Shown: piece by piece, positions 53,501 to 64,000 of the stretch
Numbering within the stretch: position 1 is the stretch's first letter
Layout of the letters: every line of letters begins with the position of its first letter
Assembly: GCF_004010195.1 (NCBI RefSeq)
Contig: NC_057711.1
Span: forward strand, 69,257,850-69,321,849
DNA length: 64,000 bases
Reading direction: 5' to 3'
Origin: Chiloscyllium plagiosum
Taxonomy: Eukaryota
The notes under the pieces: generated by a model
The model's database searches: none
Told to the model about the DNA's origin: nothing
The model's input: only the letters and a program-made list of their open reading frames with translations
Made by a program: the position numbers and the translations under genes

Positions 53501-56500
53501 AACACATTTAAGTGCCCAATGCGCTCACATTGCAGCAGCCAAGCGCTCAGTCTCTCAACATTATCCACATAATGCTAATCTAATCTTAGACCTTATTTGA
53601 ACCTTTGTTGTCTCAAATTCCAATTTCTTTATAAACAGTTGTCTTGAGTGGAACATTTAAAGCATTGCTTTTGTAAATTTGTGCCTTGATGTTTTTGAAT
53701 GGTGTTTTAAATCTACAAGCATTGCTTTCACTCTATTTGTAGGATGCCTTTTTGAATGAAGAAACGTTGCTATGCTTTAGTTAAATAATGAACTTGAGGT
53801 TATTTTGTTTCTGGAAAGTAAAGCCAGTGATTTGTGCAGTTTGTTTTAATAGTCACCTTCATTCTCTTTGCTCAACTTTAATTTTTTAAATTTTGCAATT
53901 CAAATATCTGTGGCTAAGTTTGATATCAAAAATATATGTTTAATGTTTGCTGATGACAGATGTCGGCCTGTTATTTTTTACCTCATAACATGCCATGTTC
54001 TTACGCTTTAGCACAATATTGGCAAATGTACAGTTTGCACAGGAAATACTTACAGTTCATTCCTTACTGTACCATACTTGAAGGTATTGCATGCATCTGC
54101 AACAAATATACTCTGTGGAAAATGTTGCACGCCATGCAGTTGTTTTAATATAGTTAAGCATGATGAATAAGTCTCTTGGCAGAAATATAAAGCTTAAGCA
54201 AAGTACAGTTACAGAAAGTGGTACACTACATGAGAAAAACCAAACATACTAACTGCTTGGAGTAACTAATTATATATTTTTAGAACCACATTTTTATGAA
54301 AATCTGCTGTAAAAGTTCTTTTTGAGACTTTGAAACAAATAGATTTGAAATACTGCAGATGTAGTTTCTGTGCGAGTTAAGCTGGTGTTCCTGTTTGTGA
54401 CCATTGATGTAGCTGAGTATCACAGCCCATCAGCTTGCATGATCAGCCAAAGGATCTGAACAATACCCACTTTATAAAGCTTTGCGCTTTGGTCTGAACT
54501 TGATTTTGGGTCTGTCTTGTTACCCTGTTCCAAAAATCCTTCTGTTACTGTAATTCTTTTTTGCTTAATGAAATTTTTAAAGTAGGAAAGACTTTGTTTA
54601 CATATTACATTTTTCATTTTGAAGTTTGTTAAAGAGGTATTTTTAAAATTACATCAAAATTGTACAAACAAACTACTAGTAAGGCAGTATATTTTAAATG
54701 TTTCTTATTTCAGTTGTTGATGGGTTGCTCCAGAAAACAATATTTTAAAGGATTACGAAATTCAAAATATTACAAAACACACTTGCTCTATATCATCACT
54801 TGTTATTAATGTGCATTAATTGTGAAAAACAAATGACAAATAGTCAAAGGTGGTTAATTTGCAAAGGGTTGTCTCCTTTTTTAGCCTTTTTCCACACACA
54901 GGCTATAGCCTTTGATCACAAAATATGAACTCTTATTCCAAATTAATTGTTGTAATTTTATGTTCAGTAGCTGATATTGCTTTTCTCTCCTGAATTATTT
55001 GTGGCAGATTCTTGGCCCAGTGTGGCCTCAGTATGGACTTCCGGTCTAGAAATGATTTCCTTGAAGTGCAGTCCCACCATGGCTAAGCACTTAAGACAGT
55101 AATGTTTGAACTTCAAACTTAATTTCTTTATTTTCTACTTAAAATTAAGGTCTGCAATATATAACTTTTAATCTTATTTTGTATGTTTCATGCTATATTA
55201 CAATTACTGCAATGTTTAACTTTTAACTTTATTCTTTCTGCCTCAATCTTAAAGTTTCTGTACTTAGATACTTATATCTAAGATGGCGCCTTCTGTGGTG
55301 ACATTATAAACTATACTCCTTTTGCACTTGAGTAATGTGACAATAAAATCAAACCAAATCTGCTAAACTCACCATTTACAACTCCTAAGATACTAAAGTA
55401 GCTTGCAACCAAATATAGCAAGATTGAGACGACAACATCTGTGATGTGTAGTGTAAATGTTACTTTGCATTGAAATTCCAAGTGCCAGTTACCATCTCAG
55501 AGCGTGCAGGAGTGAGTCTTGAGAGCAAGGCGGTCCTGTGTAAGTTAGGGGCTTTTGTTAGTCCGGGCCTAAGTAATTGTTGCTCCGTCAGAGGTCCATG
55601 TGGCCAACACTGCCTTAGAGCTTGCGAACCCACTTGGAGTTCCAACACCCAATTTGAGAACTCCTGCTTTGTGACCTAGAATGACGAGGGCTGCAAATGC
55701 ATAGAAACACCACCACCTGTAAAATCATTTCTAAGCCACATTTGAGCTTCAATGGGAACAATTTTGTTGTTTGTTCATTATCTGAGTCAAAATCATAGAG
55801 CTCCCTTCCTAAAGTGCTATGAATTGCTTACTGCGAAGGCTCAAGAAGATTGCTCACTGCCTCACTGGAGGGCAGTTGCAATGGGCAATAAATGGTAGTG
55901 CCTACATTCCATGAATGAATTTTTAAATAAACCTCTAAAAAATGAATACATTAGGGTCTGTCCATTCCAGTTCAATACACGTTACTGTCTTGATTAGACT
56001 TAATTACTGCAATTCAGTCAATGATACTCAAAATTAAATTTGACAAGTGTTGAATCTTGTCTTACAGGATTGTGTTATTGGTGTTGATGTAACCAAATAC
56101 TTGTCCAATTTCTTGTCTCAATTCCATCGGTTTTTTTTCCCCGCTTAATTGGCTCCCTTTACTTGATTGGTCAGTGAATTCGCTATTCTGCATGACTTAT
56201 TTCAAACTCTTTGCTTATAAATATTTCTTCAGTCTGATTAGAATCTAGATAAGGAGATACAGTTACTAGCAGCGTTGGTACAGATCCCAGCTATCCTGTG
56301 GGCGATCCTGCATTTATTAGTGTTTGGCTGACAGGTACTCGCACTACAAAAAAAAGGAAAGTCTTTTGGCATGTGACTCACTGCTTCTTGACCTTTCTGC
56401 ACTACTTTTTCAATTAGTTATTGTTACTATCTTGCCTTCTCTTTATTTACTTTCAATCCATTTTTTAAACATAATTTTAGTTCCCATTCTTAACATTTGC

Positions 56501-57053
56501 GATTCTCTCCCCTGCAAATGTTTTGAATTTCGTGTGAGGAGTACAATAAATAGAAATATAAGATGGTAGTGCTTCCATAACATTTACGTTGTTTGCTTTG
56601 AAGTGATTTTTGTTTTGCATTCATGCAAATTTTGTACTGTAACTAGCCATTAAATTATGCCTGCAATTTTCTTAGCTATAGATCTGCAATTGTCTTGAAA
56701 TATTGCTGAATGTTTTTGATATTTTCCAAAGTTCTATTTGACTTTTGCTGTCAGAAGTTGTTAAGTAACTCATTTCATATTCTTATTTAGTTGTGTTTAT
56801 CAGATCTCTTTCATGGTAGATTAATGAGGATTGACTAAGCGTTAATACTGAGCTCAAAATGGAAACAAAGTGTTTATTTGCATCATGTTGCTGTGTTTAG
56901 CTTTATTTTTTAATTCATTGGAACATGCGATGAATAGTGAATGCCAAGTAACACATGTTCGTGACTGAAAGAATATTAGGATGCTAGGTGGAACCTGCCT
57001 TTCATTAAACTGTTGTTGTACCAGAAAATGAATTTAAAAATTTTGCTTGCTAG

Positions 57054-57185
57054 TAAAATAACTGCACAGAGGCCAGCATCCTGTCACCTTGTCCCCCTTT
57101 ATTTACATATGCAAGTACACTGGCTATGGCGACCTAGCTTGGTGTCAGTCCCTGAAGTGAGGAGGGTCTAAATTCCTATTTATTT
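57054..57185 (-). mobile_element. Gypsy LTR fragment related to 21709-21940
   Basis: Reverse complement catatgtaaataaagggggacaaggtgacaggatgctggcctctgtgcagttattt aligns with catgtgcaaataaatggtgacttggtgacgggatagcaacatctgtggagttattt. Confidence 0.7.
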
Positions 57186-57455
57186 TGTACTGTTTAATTA
57201 AAAAAAGTTGACAATAAACAGAAATAGAAAACAGCAGTTCACAGAAAAACCACTATGTCCAGGGGATAAAGCAGCAAAGCCAAACTCCAAATGCCACTGT
57301 TCAACCAGCTTTCAGGGAGAGGAGGACAAATCTCAAAACCCTACTTTCAGTCAAAGGTAACAGTAACAAACTCAGACAAGACAGTGCAATCAAATGAGAA
57401 GAGTGCATAAAACACAGATCCAATATAACTTTAAAAAAAAAAGACAACTGTCCAC

Positions 57456-58772
57456 ACCACATACTGATTGGACCATCCTTGGCTAGCCTTCCGTAGGACT
57501 GTCTCCAGTCTCTGGCTGTCCTGCATACTGACCGACCCTCCCCAGGCCTGCTTTTTCTGGGCTGGTTGTTGATCTAGCTGCCAGTCGCCCTGCATAGTGA
57601 CCGGACCAGCCCAGGCAGCTTTCCAAGAGCTGGTTGTTGGCCTACTGGTCTCTGGCCATCCTGCGTAGTAACTGACCCTCACCAGCCCACTTTCCTGCAG
57701 GACGGACGTAGGCCACTGGCTCCCGGTCACCCCGCGTACTAACTAACCACCCAGACCTATTTTCTTACAGTCAGGCTGTCGGCCTTCCAGCATCTGGCTG
57801 CCCCATGCACTGACTGACCCTTTCACCTGGCCAGCATTACTATGGACTGGCCATTGGCTGTCTGGCTTCCAGCCTACCTGCGTACTGACTGGCCCTCCCC
57901 ACGGGCTGCCAGTGGCTGCATGGCTCAGACATCCTGTGTACTGACCAGCCTGCCCTATACTGGCTTTCCTGCAAGGATACTATCAATTGCACTCCACGTA
58001 CTGATAGGAAAGCGGGCCAGGAAGAACCTTTCCTCCAGGCTGGTAGACAACCTTCCGTCCCCCAGCCAGCTCATGTATGGGCTGCTCCTCCCCTGACCAA
58101 TTTCCTATAGGCTCTAATCTAACCACATACTGATTGGACCATCCTTGGCTAGCCTTCCGTAGGACTGTCTCCAGCTGTCCTGCATACTGACCGACCCTCC
58201 CCAGGCCTGCTTTTTCTGGGCTGGTTGTTGATCTAGCTGCCAGTCGCCCTGCATAGTGACCGGACCAGCCCAGGCAGCTTTTCTACGAGCTGGTTGTTGG
58301 CCTACTGGTCACTGGCCATCCTGCGTAGTAACTGACCCTCACCAGCCCACTTTCCTGCAGGACTGACGTAGGCCACTGGCTCCCGGTCACCCCGCGTACT
58401 AACTAACCACCCAGACCTGTTTTCTTACAGTCAGGCTGTCGGCCTTCCAGCATCTGGCTGCCCCATGCACTGACTGAACCTTTCACCTGGCCAGCATTAC
58501 TATGGACTGGCCATCGGCTGTCTGGCTTCCAGCCTACCTGCGTACTGACTGGCCCTCCCCACGGGCTGCCAGTGGCCGCGTGGCTCAGACATCCTGTGTA
58601 CTGACCAGCCTGCCCTATACTGGCTTTCCTGCAAGGATACTATCAATTGCACTCCACGTACTGATAGGAAAGCGGGCCAGGAAGAACCTTTCCTCCAGGC
58701 TGGTAGACAACCTTCCGTCCCCCAGCCAGCTCATGTATGGGCTGCTCCTCCCCTGACCAATTTCCTATAGGC
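57456..58772. repeat. Recent tandem duplication of a ~655-bp unit made of diverged ~60-70-bp subrepeats
   Basis: 57456-58112 and 58122-58772 are nearly identical (one 7-bp deletion, a few substitutions), separated by tctaatcta. Confidence 0.95.
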
Positions 58773-59363
58773 ATGCTTTTGGCTGCCTAGCCCCCAACCC
58801 CCCGCCGCCCGTGAATGGAGTTGATTTTATTGTCATGTATACTGAGGCACAATGACAATCTTTGTCTTGCGAGCAGTATAGGCAGATAAAACCAACCCTA
58901 AAGCTCCTGGCTGCCCCACATATTGAATGGCCCATGCTCAAAACCAATTAATGATAAAACTCATACATTAACAATTCACAAAATCCTTACAATACAGAGT
59001 CTCCAGTGGCACAATAGAGTCCACTCCAACAGGCAGGAAATGCACACCTCGCAGCACACACACAAGTGTTCAGTCTCCAATGAGGCCTGGCCCATCTATA
59101 GAGAACCAGGTCCACTGTATGTTGTGAAGCTGCAGTTAACTCACAGGGGTTTGGTCCACTCCAGGATGTAGCAATTGCTGACCTCCCAGCACACACAGGT
59201 GTTCAGTGTTTACAAAGACCTAGTCACCCACAAAGGGCCAGGCCTACCTATACAGCAATAGCTCATCTGGAAAGATGTATTTTCTCACAAGGGCTCAGTC
59301 CAAACACGAAAGAAAGTGAAAACATGAAACAGAAAACCCTGCCACAAAATTAGCATAGTCCTT

Positions 59364-61281
59364 GAATGGAGTTGATTTTATTGTCATGTATACTGAGGCA
59401 CAATGACAATCTTTGTCTTGCGAGCAGTATAGGCAGATCACAGATAAATAGCAAAGATAATAAATAGGTAAACAGCAAAAACAAAAACACAGGTCCAAAT
59501 GAACATTGAGTTTAAGAGCCCATTCAGTATTCTAACAGTAGGGTAGAAACTGTTGCGAAACCAGCTGGTGCATGTGCTCAGGCTTCTGTACCTTCTCCCC
59601 GATGGTAGAGGTTGTAGAAAAGCACTGCCATGGTGGGATGGATTTTTAAGAATGCTGGCGGCCTTTCCTTGACAACAGGCCTTATAGATAGATTCTATAG
59701 ATGGGAGGTTGGCCTTTGGAGATTGTTGCAGAGAGTGGTGAACTCAGCCCAGACAGTCTCCGATCTTGAAAGAACAGTTGCTGTACCAGGTAGTGATACA
59801 TCCAGACAGAATGCTCTCGATGGCGCACCTATAAAAGTTGGAAAGGGTATTTGCAGTCATGCCAAAATTTCCTCAGCTGCCTGAGGAAGAGGAGACATTG
59901 ACTCACTGGTCACAAAGGCCCAGTCCAAGAAAGCTTGTTGTGGATGACCACTCCCAGGAGCGGGACACTGTCCATTTGCTCCACCTCTGTGCTGACAATG
60001 TGTAGGGGGGCATGAATAACATCCCACCAAAAGTCAATAAGGAGTCCCTTGGTTTTGCTGGCATTGAGAGCTTGGTTGTTCTCAGTGCACCTTTTTTCCA
60101 GGTCTTCCATCTCCTTTCTGTAGTCTGTTTCGTCACCATCTGAAATTTGACCGACAATAGTCAGTGAAATTGCCAAATATCAGACTAATGCCATTTACAA
60201 TGCAGTCATGGGTATACAGTGAGTACACACCCCTGAGGGGGCTCCAGTGTTGAGTGTTAGTGACAATGAAACATTGTCTCCAATCTTCACTGATTGTGGC
60301 CTATGGCTCAGGAAACTGAGGATCCAGTTGCAGAGAGTGTGGGACTTAGTCAGAAATCACTTGAGTTTAGTAATCAGTCTCAAGGGGATAATAGTTTTGA
60401 AGGCTGAACTGTAGTCAATGAGTAGGATTCTTACATAGCTGTTCTTGGTATCAAGATGTTCTAGAGAGGCGTGAAGGGCAAGTGATGTGGTATCTGATGT
60501 GGTTCTGTTGGTCCAATAGGCAAAATTTGAGTGGGTCAAGAATAGTGGGGATGCTGGAGATGATTAATGCCATGACTAGCCTTTCAAAGCACTTCATGAC
60601 CACTGAAGTTAGGGCCACTGGGTGGTAGTCAGAGACATGCTGCAGGAGCCTCCTTGGGCACAGGGATGATGTTGGCCCTCTTGAAACAGGCAGGGACAAT
60701 GGCCTGCTGCAGGGAGGGGTTGAAGATGTCTGAGAAGACCTTTGCCAGTTGATCTGTGCATGCGCAAGTTGCCCAGTCTGGTCCCATCGTTTTCCTTGGA
60801 TTCACACGATGGAAAACTGATCGAACCTCTGATGCAGTGAAACGGGATAGGTGATACTTCTCTGCCGAAATTCTACTCAAAGCGAGCATAGAGGCATTGA
60901 GATGATCTGGGAACGATATGTCCTCATCTGCTATCTTGCACTGTCTCTCTTTAGAACCTGTGATATCATTCAGTCCTTGCCATAGTTGCCGGGTGTCAAT
61001 CTGGGTCTCCAGTTTGAATCGGTATTGGTCCTAATGGCTCTGCGAAGGTCATACTTGGATTCCTTATATTTGAGTGGGTCTCCTAATCTGAAGGCCTCAT
61101 GCAATTTTTAGCAAGTTCTGTATGTCCTGATTCATCTAGGGTTTCCTGTTGGAGAACACCCAGATTGACTTCCTCTGTATGTAGTCTCCACACACTTGCT
61201 GATGAAGTCTGCGACGGTGGTGGCGTACTCATCCAAGGTACCTGCGCACTGTTTGCACATGGCCCAAAATCAGCCGATTCC
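59364..61281 (-). mobile_element. Rex1/Babar-type non-LTR retrotransposon (5'-truncated, decayed)
   Basis: [58 protein letters not shown] and LNASKTKGLLIDF. 7-bp TSD agtcctt at 59357-59363 and 61282-61288. Confidence 0.9.
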
Positions 61282-62585
61282 AGTCCTTTGCTCAAAAGAA
61301 AGAGAAAAAAAAAATGTAACTCAAGCTGTAACCAGCCAGTGAAACAACACAGTTCCCTCATGAGAAATTAAACACATTGACTGTAAATCAGGTAGTTTAG
61401 AAATCAGTCCTCAAAAAAGGAATACCAGTTAACAAAACTGACTTTGTAAACCAGCCAGTTTAAGAATCATCTCCTTCCCCGCCCACAAAAATAAACAGGA
61501 ACCAACAATAGCAGTAACACACTGACCATGGCCCAGCTAGTACAGAGTCAGTCACCTAAACTGGAGGAGATTCTAAATCTCCTGGTTATTTTATTAACCA
61601 GTACAAATTACAAACAAACAGTTAACATTAACAGATGTATACAAGAAACAGCAATTTTCAGACAAAAAGGGGCAGCAAAGCCAGACTCCAAACCCCACCG
61701 TACAATTAGTTCACAGGGAAATGAGGATCTACGTCATCCCACCTTACATCAATCAAGGAGGAAACAGTAAACGCAAGCACCTACAGATAGTCCGATAAAC
61801 CAAACAATAAAACAGTGCATATATCATAGATATCTCTGACAGCCCAGTAAGCCATCCTTCCAGTCACTCAAAGGCAGTCCTACCCAAGACCCATGCCAAC
61901 TCTCGGTCAGCCCCACGTCTTTTACAATTTTCAGTCTGCCCTGACACACCTTCTGGCCACCTCTGGGACAGCCCAAACTGTTTCCCCCACTCTCCCCCAG
62001 GTCAACAGCAATCAGCACATCTTAACCATCCTCTTGCGCATTCTGGCCACCTCTAGGACAGCCCACCCCAGTACCCACCTGGGGTGATAGCACTGAGGAC
62101 AGTATGTCTGTCTTCTGACTCAAGGTCTGCCCCTACATACCATCTGGCTGTTGCCTACCCAGACACCATTCGGCCCGCAGACTGCCCTGACACACCTTTA
62201 GGACAGCCCATCCCCCTTCCCTCCAACTCCTGGCCCATCCATAGCCAACCGGACCCACTCACGAGGGCACAGTATATTGTAAAGATGCAGGTAACTCAAG
62301 GGTTGGGTCTACTCCTGAACTCCAGGGCACAGCAAATGCTCACCTCCCAGCACATATGCAGGTGTTCAGTCTTTGCAGAGATCTACTCACAGAAACAGCT
62401 CATCTGGAAAAGTGCATTTCCTCACAGGGACTCAGTCCAACCACAAAAAAGTGAACACACATTCAAAATACAAAGAAATCCGAAGTGCAAGGGCTAAGCC
62501 CTGCTACAAGAGTCAGCATAGCCCTTTTTTCAAAGTAAAAAGGAAAAGCATAACACAGGCTGGAACCAGCCAGTGAAATAACAGT

Positions 62586-63885
62586 TAGAACATAGAAAAA
62601 TACAGCGCAGTACAGGCCCTTTAGCCCTCGATGTTGCACTGATCCAAGCCCACCTAACCTACACTAGCCCACTATCCTCCATATGCCTATCCAATGCCCG
62701 TTTAAATGTCCATAAAGAGGGAGAATCCACGACTACTACTGGCAGGGCATTCCATTAACTCACGACTTGCTGAGTAAAGAATCACCCCTAACATCTGTCC
62801 TATACCTACCACCCCTTAATTTAAAGCTATGCCCCCTCGTAATAGCTGACTCCATATGTGGAAAAAGGTTCTCACGGTCAACCCGTCTTCTACAACTGCA
62901 ACATGACCTCAGGACTCCAGAACTCAATTCCTTTACCAATAAAAGCCAGTACACCATATGCCTTCTTCACCGCACTATTTACCTGGGTGGCAACTTTCAG
63001 AGATCTGGTGTACATGGACACCAAGATCCCTCTGCTCATCCACACTACCAAATATCTGACCAGTAGCCCAGTACCCCATCTTTTTGTTACTCTTACCAAA
63101 GTGAATCACCTCACACTTACCTATATTGAACTCCATTTGCCACCTTTCTGCCCAGCTCTGCAGCTTATCTATATCCCGCTGTAACCTTCCTCACTGTCAA
63201 CAACTCCACCGACTTTTGTATCATCCACAAACTTGCTCACCCAACCTTCTAGCCCCTCCTCCAGGTCATTTATAAAAATGACAAACAGCAATGGTCCCAA
63301 AACAGATCCTTGCGGAACACCACTAGTAACTGCACTCCTTTACCATCAACTACTACCCTCTGTCTTTTTCCAGCCAGCCAATTCCTAATCTAAACCTCCA
63401 ACTCACCCTCAATGCCATACCTCCGTATTTTTTTGCAGTAGCCTACCATGGGGAACCTTATCAAACGCCTTACTAAAATCCATATATACCACATCTACCG
63501 CTTTAACCTCCTCTCCCTCCTTAGTTACCTTCTCAAAGAATTCAATAAGGTTTGTGAGGCACGACCTGCCCTTCACAAAACTATGCTGACTATCCTTGAT
63601 CACATTATTCCTATGCAGATATTCATAAATCCTATCCCTTACAATTCTCTCTAAGACTTTGCCCATAACAAAAGTGAGACTCACCGGCCTATACTTACTA
63701 GGGTTATCCCTACTCCCCGTCTTGAACAAGGGAACCACATTTGCTATCCTCCAGTCTTCTGGCACTACTCCTGTAGACAAAGAGGACATAAAAATCAAGG
63801 CCAATGGCTCTGCAATTTCCTCCCTTGCTTCCCAGAGAATTCTAGGATAAATGCCATCAGGCCCAGGGTACTTATCTATTTTCAC
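62586..63885 (-). mobile_element. Relatively young CR1/HER1-type LINE (5'-truncated, internal deletion)
   Basis: ORF 63409-63885 reads PGPDGIYPRIL...VPEDWRIANVVPLFK...YRPVSLT...GRSCLTNLIEFF...YMDFSKAFDKVPH; the 3' end is at about 62586 (agaacatagaa). Confidence 0.93.
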
Positions 63886-64000
63886 CTAATGAGGGTTGAA
63901 TTACACCTGAAACACATTGACTGTGTAAATCAGGCAGTTTAGAAATCATTCCTCAATAAAAGGAATACCTAATGAACAAATTGGCTATATAGTTTAGCCC

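Noticed and set aside
57842..58756. Duplicated 84-aa ORF, and a CRISPR-like impression from the subrepeats
   Set aside because: The ORF lies within the tandem duplication and has no recognisable motif. Subrepeats are diverged, lack unique spacers and have no cas genes nearby; the context is eukaryotic.

Overview
This is AT-rich, repeat-dense vertebrate DNA. HE1-type SINEs and HER1/CR1 LINEs point to a cartilaginous fish, probably a shark (inference). There is one assembly gap at 9630-10422. The only host coding sequence I can support is the terminal exon of a ZNF474/ZNF475-type C2HC zinc-finger gene (1680-1822, +). A CpG island at about 36060-37450 looks like a bidirectional promoter: it has two CCAAT boxes 31 bp apart, GC boxes, inverted TTTGAA motifs and splice donors on both strands. 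Vertebrate synteny would make SNCAIP the next gene, but no SNCAIP coding exon is visible. The rest is mostly transposon debris: CR1 LINEs, Rex1/Babar LINEs, a decayed Gypsy element, a Harbinger transposase relic, three TA-flanked Tigger/pogo-like MITEs, HE1 and Deu SINEs, and Penelope-like elements (PLEs). The most interesting signal is a set of at least four PLE-related families that each end in an ultra-minimal hammerhead ribozyme motif: CTGANGA-A-[stem II]-GAA-[4-nt palindrome]-H. The stems differ between families while the core is kept. Several copies are very short and flanked by 12-15 bp target-site duplications (TSDs), and two identical copies sit in a ~315-bp inverted repeat. The end of the window holds an old, diverged tandem duplication containing a recent ~655-bp duplication. 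Repeat boundaries were read by eye and are approximate.
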